From: Eledone cirrhosa
Taxonomy: Eukaryota
Direction of reading: 5' to 3'
NCBI GenBank assembly: GCA_964016885.1
Contig: OZ024761.1
Location: 16,616,001 to 16,680,000 of the forward strand
Length of the DNA: 64,000 nt
Every line of letters starts with the position of its first letter. Positions within the stretch are counted from its first letter, which is position 1. Under the pieces are notes generated by a model that was not told the DNA's origin, ran no database searches, and saw only the letters and a program-made list of their open reading frames with translations. A program made the position numbers and the translations under genes. This document shows, piece by piece, positions 27,802-40,400 of the stretch.

Positions 27802-29617
27802 CATATAATATATATATACATATAAGTATATGAAGTGTTTCCGTAGGAAAGGTAAAGGAAAAGAGAGTGCTCTATGTAGACTACAGAGCTTTTTAGTTAT
27901 GTAATAAACAACATAAGATAATTAATTCATTTACCAAAGGTTTCACGGAGACAGACGAGTCTGACTTTGCTCGTCAGAATTAAGATTTATTTAAAATGCA
28001 TTTTAAATAAATTTTCATTCTGACGACCGAAGTCAGACGTCTATGTCAGGCTCGTCTGTCTTCGTGAAACCTTTGGTAAATGAATTAATTATCTTATGTT
28101 GTTTATTACATAACATATAAATATATATACATATACATGTATATATACAAACATATGTATATATTCATATATATATGTTAGTCTCACTGTAATGTTCTCT
28201 CTCTTAACCCCACTTACTGCATCTATCTCTCTCTCTTACCCTCCCTCCCCCCTCTAATTTTACGTCCTGAGTTCAAATCCCTCCAAGGTTAGCTTTGCCT
28301 TTCATCCTTACGGGGTCGATAAAATAAAGCACCAGTAATACAGTGGGGTCAATTTAACCCTTTAGCATTTAGATTACTCTATATTTACTATTGTATTTTC
28401 ACAGTAAACACTTTTATTTCATATAATTATCTCACATAATATTGAATGTATGAGATTTTGATATTATTTATTTTCAGAACAATACCTTAACATAAGTATG
28501 AGCAGCTGGTTTGAACAGAAAGAGGTGAGAGAATTCTGGCTGAATACAGCCGGTTTAAATGCTAAAGGGTTAATCAACATTCCCCTCTGGTCAAAATTGC
28601 TGGCCTTGTGCCATTATAATCAGAAACCATTATAATACTATATATATAACACTTTGCCTTTCATCTTTATGGGTTGATAAAATAAAGTACCAGTAATACA
28701 CTGGGTAATTGCTGGCCTTGTGCCAAAAGTAGAAACAATTCTAATACTATATATGTTCTCTCTGTTGTTATTATTTTCAGAACATCAGTTGGTCATTTGG
28801 CTACAACAAGAATATTCCAGTCCAAAACTTGACCGATGACAACCGTTCTATGGTCGTCTACGCCAGTTCTCATATTTCTGTCATGTATGATTATGTCAGC
28901 AGCAGGCAGTGGATTCTACAGGGACATGTATGTTTGTATGTTGTTTAGTATTTATTTACATATATATATATATATATCTATATATATATATATATACCAT
29001 AGGCGGTGAATTATCTTATCTTATCTATATATATAAAGTTGTAGTTCCTGTCTGTTTGTTCACAAATTCCTCCTATGGTTTTGGAGATAGACCTCCCATA
29101 ACCAAATATATTCTGAAACTACATTGCCCAGGGTACTTGGATAAGTATATTTCATTTTAATCAAAGGCTTCCCCTGGGGCACAGACCCCTGCTGAAAATT
29201 TTTTCCCTTTGATTTATATGAAATTTAAACCATATGTAAATGACAAGATATGATGCCTATTCACAACATTTCAAAAAATTTCAATAATATTAAGACATCC
29301 TACTGGGGGTTAAACCCCCTTTAGTGAAACTTTTGGAAGCCCATAACTTGAGTATTGGAACGTTGAATTTCTAATTTGAAAATAATGCTTTACACAAAAA
29401 TGAAATGATCAAGTTTTGAATTGATATTTTGAAAAAAATTATTTACAAGAAACAAAATAGGAATAAGATTTAATAATGTAATTTTGATTTGATATATTAA
29501 AAAAATAATGTTTTCCAATTTTTCATGCATTACATTTTACATTGAGTAATATTGAAATGCAGAGTTTTTCTCCATAAATTATATCACTGATTTAAAATCA
29601 ATCATCACTTTCTTATA

Positions 29618-29666
<49 letters not shown>

Positions 29667-31415
29667 AGAAGCAGAGAAAATTTCAAAGATACGAAAGATT
29701 TCCTGGTGGAAGTTCAGGTGTACTTCGGGTTGGTATCCAGGTGTACTCCGGTTGGTGAAAGTCCAATCAGAAAATCCAACTAATTTTGAGAGGTCCACGT
29801 AAGCGTTGATATATATATATATATATATGTAAAAAGGAAACAGAAATAACAACGCAATCAGTACAGTATATGGAAGGTATATATTAGGTTAACACTTGAT
29901 ATAGCAGCTGCTATATCAAGCGTTAACCTAATATATACCTTCCATATACTGTACTGATTGTGATGTTATTTCTGTTTCCTTTTTACATACATATATATAG
30001 TTATGTAATAAACAACATAAGGCAATTATTTCTGGAAAATGTTTATCTATTATTCTTTTATCTATTATTCATTCATACATATATATATATACATATATAT
30101 ATAAATATATATATGTTAGCTTGGAAGATGGACGTTAAACGATGATGATGATGATGATATATATAAGTAAAAACACACAAAACAATAACAAAGTGCAGTA
30201 CGAACAGTGTTGGTATTAGGTTCACGCTTGAGAGTGGGGAGTGGGGGACGACGTTTCGGGCATAAGCCCTTCATCAGGAGAAAGGTGGGAAGGAAAAGAG
30301 TTCGGAGGAGGGGGGGGAGCAAGTTGTGAAAGGGTGTGACGCGTGTAGAGGTGGAGGTGGGAGAGGGGAGAAAAAAGTACCAGTCTAATACTGGGGTGGA
30401 TTCTTCCTCTCTCTCTCACTCTACTTTGCTGAGGTCAACCTTGCTTTTCATCCCTCGGTGGTGGATCAAAAATGTACCAGTCTAATACTGGGGTGGATTC
30501 TTCCTCTATATCTCTTTCTCACTTCCTCTCTCTCTCACTCTACTTTGCTGAGGTCAACCTTGCTTTTCATCCCTCGGTGGTGGATCAAAAATGTACCAGT
30601 CTAATACTGGGGTGGATTCTTCCTCTATATCTCTTTCTCACTTCCTCTCTCTCTCACTCTACTTTGCTGAGGTCAACCTTGCTTTTCATCCCTCGGTGGT
30701 GGATCAAAAATGTACCAGTCTAATACTGGGGTGGATTCTTCCTCTATATCTCTTTCTCACTTCCTCTCTCTCTCACTCTACTTTGCTGAGGTCAACCTTG
30801 CTTTTCATCCCTCGGTGGTGGATCAAAAATGTACCAGTCTAATACTGGGGTGGATTCTTCCTCTATATCTCTTTCTCACTTCCTCTCTCTCTCACTCTAC
30901 TTTGCTGAGGTCAACCTTGCTTTTCATCCCTCGGTGGTGGATCAAAAATGTACCAGTCTAATACTGGGGTGGATTCTTCCTCTATATCTCTTTCTCACTT
31001 CCTCTCTCTTACTTTTTATCTTTCTCTGGAAGAAATCTGCTGTACTCAGGCGTGGGGAGGGAGGGGCTCTGCCAGGCTTAAAATGCCTAAGAAACACCAT
31101 ATGTCAATATGGCGCCCCTACGACTCTATCAGGAGTTACGGGACCTTACATATAATATATACCATCAGTGTCATCATCATTGTCATCATTGCCGTGTTCG
31201 TCACCATCATTATCATCATCATTGTTATCATAATTATCATCATCATCATCATCATCATTATTATATAAATGTGTATGTGTATATATATATATATAGATGT
31301 ATGGGTATGTATTTGATTTTTTTTTTTCATTTTCATCATCAACATCCATCATCATCATCATCATCATCATTGTCTTCATCATCATCATCATCTTCATCAT
31401 CATTATATAAATGAG

Positions 31416-31448
<33 letters not shown>

Positions 31449-34400
31449 ATAGATGTATGGGTATGTATTTGATGTTTTTTCTTCATTTTCATCATCATCA
31501 TCATCATTGTCTTCATCATCATTATGTGTATGTGTGTATATATATAGAGAGATCTATGTGTATATATATAGAGAGATGTATGTGTATGTCTCTAAGATTG
31601 TCAAGAAGGCCGAGGGTGTCTTGGCATCACTCAGCAAGACCTTTGTTAGCCGCTCTCCAGCCATCTATTTAAAACTGTATACAGCTATGGTACGACCACA
31701 CTTGGAATTCGCATCATCAGTCTGGAACCCCTATCTTGCTCAGAACATTGACCTCCTGGAAACTGTTCAGAGACGTGCAACCAAGCGCATACCCTCCATC
31801 AGACACCTACCATACTCTGAACGCCTTGCTTCCCTGGGCATGGATTCATTGAAGCTCCGACGTCTGGCAATGGACTTGGTGAATACCCACAAAGTTTTTA
31901 ACCATCTCGCTAATAGCAACCCTGAGCGCCTCTTTGATCTCCATGTGTCTAACACACGTGGACATGCCTACAAGATAAGAAAACAGCACAGCTCCCATGA
32001 CTTTCGCAGACATTTTTTCACGCTCAGAGTTGCTGAAGCATGGAACAAACTGCCTGCGTCAATTGTTAGCTGCCGAGACACTGCATCCTTTAAGACACTC
32101 ATGCTTCCCGAAATACGCCAAAACTACACCTGATGTACCCCTTCCATGCATATGCACACGTGTGTATCATGGCTCGTGCACTGTTCATTATACTGATGTT
32201 TGTGCATTGCCCTATGTACTGTACATGCACTTTTTTGATGAGTTGTGGTGCACCTGGGCACTGTACACAATATTTCATTATTGTTATTGTTGTTATATCA
32301 GGACTCGTACACTGTTCATTTTCCTGACATTTGTACATTATTCTATGTACTATACATGCACCTTTGATGAGTTGTAGTGCACCTGAGCACTGTACACAAT
32401 AATTTCATTATTATTATTATTATATATAGAGAGATCTATGTGTATATATATAGAGAGATGTATGTGTATATATAGAGAGAGATGTATGTGTATATATATA
32501 GAGAGATGTATGTGTGTATATATATAGAGAGATGTATGTGTGTATATATAGAGAGATGTATGTGTGTATATATAGAGAGATGTATGTGTGTATATATAGA
32601 GAGAGATGTATGTGTATATATAGAGAGAGATGTATGTGTATATATAGAGAGAGATGTATGTGTATATATATAGAGAGATGTATGTGTATATATATATAGA
32701 GAGATGTATGTGTGTATATATAGAGAGATGTATGTGTGTATATATATAGAGAGATGTATGTGTGTATATATATAGAGAGATGTATGTGTGTATATATAGA
32801 GAGAGATGTATTTGTATATATATAGAGAGATGTATGTGTGTATATATATAGAGAGATGTATGTGTATATATATAGAGAGATGTATGTGTATATATAGAGA
32901 GAGATGTATGTGTATATATATAGAGAGATGTATGTGTATATATAGAGAGAGATGTATGTGTATATATATAGAGAGATGTATGTGTATATATATAGAAAGA
33001 TGTATGTGTGTATATATAGAGAGATGTATGTGTGTATATATAGAGAGATGTATGTGTGTATATATAGAAAGATGTATGTGTGTATATATAGAGAGATGTA
33101 TGTGTATATATGTGATGTATTATATTTGTTTCTACAGGCCAACTCTATCACTTGTATTTATGTGAGTCAGAACAAGAAATGGTTGGTTACAGCAGACAAA
33201 GGCAAGGACAGTGCTGTTGTGATATGGGACACTTATAGCTGGTAAGTTGCACTCCAACTCCACTCCACTCATAGATGGTAAGTTACACTCCAACTCCACT
33301 CCACTCATAGCTGGCAAGTTACACTCCAACTCCACTCCACTCATAGCTAGCAAGTTACACTCCACTCATAGCTATCAAGTTACACTCCAACTCCACTCAT
33401 AGATGGTAAGTTACACTCCGACTCCACTCCACTCATAGCTATCAAGTTACACTCCAACTCCACTCATAGATGGTAAGTTACACTCCTACTCCACTCCACT
33501 CATAGCTAGCAAGTTTCACTCCACTCATAGCTGGCAAGTTACACTCCAACTCCACTCCACTCATAGCTGGCAAGTTACACTCCACTCCACTCATAGCTGG
33601 CAAGTTGCACTCCAACTCCACTCCACTCATAGCTGGCAAGTTACACTCCAACCTCACTCCACTCATAGCTAGCAAGTTACACTCCAACTCCACTCCACTC
33701 ATAGATGGTAAGTTACACTCCAACTCCACTCCACTCATAGCTAGCAAATTACACTCCAACTCCACTCCACTTTTAGCTGGCAAGTTACACTCCAACTCCT
33801 CTCCACTTTTAGCTGGCAAGTTACACTCCAACTTCACTCCACTCATAGCTAGCAAGTTACACTCCAACTCCACTCCACTCATAGATGGTAAGTTACCCTC
33901 CAACTCCACTCCACTCATAGCTAGCAAGTTACACTCCAACTCCACTCCACTCATAACTGGTAAATTACCCTCTAAGTCCTTTCTCAAGAATGGTTGAACA
34001 GATGGTTTGGTTGCTACCACCTCACCAATCATACTACCACTACTACTCCCACCAATACCACTAACACTACTACTACTACCACCACCGATACCACTAACAC
34101 TACAATCATTACCACCATCACCACTACCACTAATACTACTACAACCACTACTACTACTACCATCAATACCACAACCACTACCACCATCACCACTACCACT
34201 AATACTACTACAACCACAACCACTACTACTACCATCAATACCACAACCATCACCACTACCACTAATACTACTACAACCAATACTACTACTACTACTACAA
34301 CTACCATCAATACCACTACCACTACTACAACCACCACTATCACTAATACTATTACTACCACTACTACTACTACAACCACCATCAATACCACTACCAATAC

Positions 34401-37400
34401 TACAACCACCACCACCATTAATACTACTACAACCACTACCAATACGACTACCACTACTACTACTACAACTACCATCAATACTACAACCACCACTACCACT
34501 AATACTACTACAACCACTACCAGTACCACTACTACTACTACTACTACCATCAATACCACTACCAATACTACAACCACCACTACCACTAATGCTACTACAA
34601 CTACTACCATCAATACCACTAATGCTACTACCACAACTACTACTACTATCAATACCACAACCACTACTACAACCACCACTACCACTCCTACAACTACTAC
34701 TACTACGACTATCATCAATACCACAACCACAACTACAACCACCACTACCACTCCTACAACCGCCACTACTACTACTACGACTATCATCAATACCACAACC
34801 ACTACTGCAACCACCACTACCACTAATGCTACTACTACTACTACCATCAATACCACAACCACTACTGCAACCACCACTACCACTAATGCTACTACTACTA
34901 CTACCATCAATACCACAACCACCACTACCACTAATGCTACTACTACTACTACCATCAATACCACAACCACCACTACCACTAATGCTACTACTACTACTAC
35001 CATCAATACCACAACCACTACTACAACCACCACTACCACAACCACCACTACCACTAATGCTACTACTACTACTACCATCAATACCACAACCACTACTACA
35101 ACCACCACTACCACAACCACCACTACCACTAATGCTACTACTACTACTACCATCAATACCACAACCACTACTACAACCACCACTACCACAACCACCACTA
35201 CCACTAATGCTACTACTACTACTACCATCAATACCACAACCACTACTACAACCACCACTACCACAACCACCACTACCACTAATGCTACTACTACTACTAC
35301 CATCAATACCACAACCACCACTACCACTAATGCTACTACTACTACCATCAATACCACAACCACTACTACAACCACCACTACCACAACCACCACTACCACA
35401 ACCACCACTACCACTAATGCTACTACTACTACTACCATCAATACCACAACCACTACCACAACCACCACTACCACTAATGCTACTACTACTACTACCATCA
35501 ATACCACAACCACTACTACAACCACCACTACCACTCCTACAACCACCACTACTACTACTACGACTACCATCAATACCACAACCACTACCACAACCACCAC
35601 TACCACTAATGCTACTACTACTACTACCATCAATACCACAACCACTACTACAACCACCACTACCACAACCACCACTACCACTAATGCTACTACTACTACT
35701 ACCATCAATACCACAACCACTACTACAACCACCACTACCACAACCACCACTACCACTAATGCTACTACTACTACTACCATCAATACCACAACCACTACTA
35801 CAACCACCACTACCACTCCTACAACCACCACTACTACTACTACTACTACCATCAATACCACAACCACTACTACAACCACCACTACCACTCCTACAACCAC
35901 CACTACTACTACTACTACTACCATCAATACCACAACCACTACTACAACCACCACAACCACCACTACTACTACTACTACTACCATCAATACCACAACCACT
36001 ACTACAACCACCACTACCACAACCACCACTACCACTAATGCTACTACTACTACTACCATCAATACCACAACCACTACTACAACCACCACAACCACCACTA
36101 CTACTACTACTACTACCATCAATACCACAACCACTACTACAACCACCACTACCACAACCACCACTACCACTAATGCTACTACTACTACTACCATCAATAC
36201 CACAACCACTACCACAACCACCACTACCACAACCACCACTACCACTAATGCTACTACTACTACTACCATCAATACCACAACCACTACTACAACCACCACT
36301 ACCACAACCACCACTACCACTAATGCTACTACTACTACTACCATCAATACCACAACCACTACTACAACCACCACTACCACAACCACCACTACCACTAATG
36401 CTACTACTACTACTACCATCAATACCACAACCACTACCACAACCACCACTACCACAACCACCACTACCACTAATGCTACTACTACTACTACCATCAATAC
36501 CACAACCACCACTACCACAACCACCACTACCACTAATGCTACTACTACTACTACCATCAATACCACAACCACTACTACAACCACCACTACTACAACCACC
36601 ACTACCACAACCACCACTACCACTAATGCTACTACTACTACTACCATCAATACCACAACCACTACTACAACCACCACTACCACAACCACCACTACCACTA
36701 ATGCTACTACTACTACTACCATCAATACCACAACCACTACTACAACCACCACTACTACAACCACCACTACCACAACCACCACTACCACTAATGCTACTAC
36801 TACTACTACCATCAATACCACAACCACTACTACAACCACCACTACCACAACCACCACTACCACTAATGCTACTACTACTACTACCATCAATACCACAACC
36901 ACTACCACAACCACCACTACCACAACCACCACTACCACTAATGCTACTACTACTACTACCATCAATACCACAACCACCACTACCACAACCACCACTACCA
37001 CTAATGCTACTACTACTACTACCATCAATACCACAACCACTACTACAACCACCACTACCACAACCACCACTACCACTAATGCTACTACTACTACTACCAT
37101 CAATACCACAACCACTACTACAACCACCACTACTACAACCACCACTACCACAACCACCACTACCACTAATGCTACTACTACTACTACCATCAATACCACA
37201 ACCACTACTACAACCACCACTACCACAACCACCACTACCACAACCACCACTACCACTAATGCTACTACTACTACTACCATCAATACCACAACCACCACTA
37301 CCACAACCACCACTACCACTAATGCTACTACTACTACTACCATCAATACCACAACCACTACTACAACCACCACTACCACAACCACCACTACCACTAATGC

Positions 37401-40400
37401 TACTACTACTACTACCATCAATACCACAACCACTACTACAACCACCACTACTACAACCACCACTACCACAACCACCACTACCACTAATGCTACTACTACT
37501 ACTACCATCAATACCACAACCACTACTACAACCACCACTACCACAACCACCACTACCACTAATACTACTACCACTACTATCATTCCAGTCTGCCAGTCCA
37601 GACCCTGTTTGGTGCCAGTGCTGATGGTATGACAGCCATCGCCCTCACACCCGACTCTAAATACCTAGCCACTCTCTCAGCAGGTGAATTCCAGGTAAGT
37701 TAATTACAGTTGTACACCTCACCACCAGGTGTTGCATGGTCAGTCATTGATGGTTTGGTGAGATGGATCTTCATTGACATCACCATCATCCCCTCCAACA
37801 CCCCTACCATCACCTCCACCGCCGCCACCATCATCTCTACCACCAACACCACCGCCACCACCATCATCTCTACCACCACCACCCCTAACATCACCACCAC
37901 CGCCACCACCACCATCATCTCTACCACCACCACCACCCCTACCATCACCACCAACACCCCTACCACCACCACCACCACCCCTACCATCACCACCAACACC
38001 CCTACCACCACCACCACCACCACCAACAACAACAACACCTCTACCAACACCCCTACCACCACCACCAACAACAACACCACCAACACCCCTACCACCAACA
38101 CCACCGCCACCACCATCATCTCTACCACCACCTCCACCCCTCTGCCAACACCCCTACCACCACCACCAACAACAACAACAACACCACCAACACCTCTACC
38201 ACCACCTCCACCATCACCTCTACCAACACCACCACCACCACCAACAACAACACCAACACCCCTACCTCCACCACCACCAACAACAACACCACCAACACCC
38301 CTACCACCACCACCACCAACAACAACACCCCTACCACCACCATCATCAACAACAACAACAACAGCACCACCAACACCACTACCATGTCGTACTATTTAAT
38401 TAGCATAAACAAGAAATTAATTTCATTAAATATTTTCTATTTTGATTTTTCTGTTTAGGAATTTTCCATTTGGGATTGGACATTGAATGGAGAGAAGCCT
38501 TTGATTTCTATAACCCTAACACCTGCCTATGGAGTACAGGTATGTTATCTTTGGTACACACATACAGGTATTTTGTTGTATGGAGTACAGAGAAGTTACT
38601 TTAACACACACACACACACACACAGAAATATTTCGTTGTATGGTACACAGATAAATTACCTTGACATACACACTCACACACACTCACACACATACCAGGG
38701 GTGGTAGAACTGGGGGAGGGGGGGGGGGGGGGGCATGGCTCTCCCCAATAATTCTATTTTTCTCCCCAAACTACCAAAACACACATCTATTTGTATATGG
38801 GCTACAATTTATGTACATGTTATGTTTATTGCATTTCGAAGTTTTTTTATATCTTGGTTGATATTTGATAATTGTTTCTACTTTTGGCACAAGGCCAGCA
38901 ATTACCCAGTGCATTACTGGTACTTTATTTTATCAACCTCGTAAGGATGAAAGGCAAAGTAAACCTCGGCAGGATTTGAACTCAGAATGGCAAGGACGTA
39001 ACTCTATGCGTCAAAGCATGGCGTCCGACCCTCTACCGATACTGCCAATCCACTGCCTACCAATACTGCCAATCAACAGCTAAACAGAAGGGATATATAA
39101 AATCACTTATATCAACACAAGTGGATAAGTTCCTTCAGAATGAAAATATAAACAGAGCATATCAATAAATTTAGAGTAGAATAACATAACAAATATGTTT
39201 TAAATATATACATAAATAACATTACAAATGCCTCTGTAACACTACAAAGGATGATATAATGAAAGATATATTCCTTCAATGCTACAATATTAAAGATTAT
39301 GTAAAGGAAGGGTGAACAACGGAGCCAACACCAGAGCAAAAGACTGCAACACGGGGTACTGGGCAACCTCTCTAATAATTTTTGAGGCAAGCCAGCACAC
39401 TCGCAGCGTTGCCTCAGATGATGGCGAGGCTGATGCTCTGAAACAGCCAAGCAACCTCACGAGATTCGCCAGTCACCTCTATAAGGCGAGCCGCCAGTGA
39501 GGAAAGGAACCTCGCAGTCAGCGGCCCGACTCCCCCAAACGTCTCGAAAGCCACAGGCTGAAAAATGTAGCTGGCCGACAGATCAGAGTATTTGAGGGTC
39601 TTACTCCGCTCGGCTGCAGAAGCTGTGGCTCTCGTCCTAACCGCAGCATCCAGGATGTGGGAAAGAGCAAAGGAGTCACTAACAGTGACGTCCCAGTCAA
39701 GGCACCTGCCTCTCGACCAGGGGCACAGGGTAAGACTGTCAGGTCTTTTGCCGTCATATCTGGACAACCCAGATGGTTCCAAGGCTGAGGGGATATTCGC
39801 CCGGGCCAAAGCTCTCTTCAGAAACTAATCATGACAGCTAAATTGACCAAATTTTCCCCCCTCCCCCAATTCAGAAATGCTTCCACCACCCCCGTATACA
39901 CATACACAGGTATTTTGTTGTATGAAGTACAGATAAGTTAGTATTAACACACAGGTAATTTTTTGTATGGAGTACAGATAAGTTACCTTGACATACACAC
40001 ACACACACACAGGTATTTTGTTGTATGGTATAAAGACACCATCTCCATGTGTCTAACACATGTGGACATGCCTACAAAGTCAGAAAACAACACAGCTCCC
40101 ATGACTTTCGGAAACATTTTTTCACGCTTAGAGTTGCTGAAGCATGGAACAAACTGCCTGCGTCAGTTGTTAGCTGCTGAGACACTGCATCCTTTAAAAC
40201 CTCCATTGAACAAACTGCCTGCATCAGTTGTTAGTTGCCGAGACACTGCATCCTTTAAAACCTCCATGGAACAAACTACCTGCGTCAGTTGTTAGTTGCC
40301 GAGACACTGCATCCTTTAAAACCTCCATTGAACAAACTGCCTGCATCAGTTGTTAGTTGCCGAGACACTGCATCCTTTAAAACCTCCATTGAACAAACTG

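Noticed and set aside
29015-29610. Possible Helitron-like element (also ~56697-56900)
   Set aside because: The 5' TCTATATATATAAA..GTCTGTTTG pattern is suggestive, but no 3' hairpin/CTAG end could be identified.
33994-37632. 1200-aa Thr-rich mucin-like ORF (and overlapping PL-rich and poly-V ORFs)
   Set aside because: ACN-triplet satellite open in several frames, inside a CFAP251 intron whose flanking exons join in phase.
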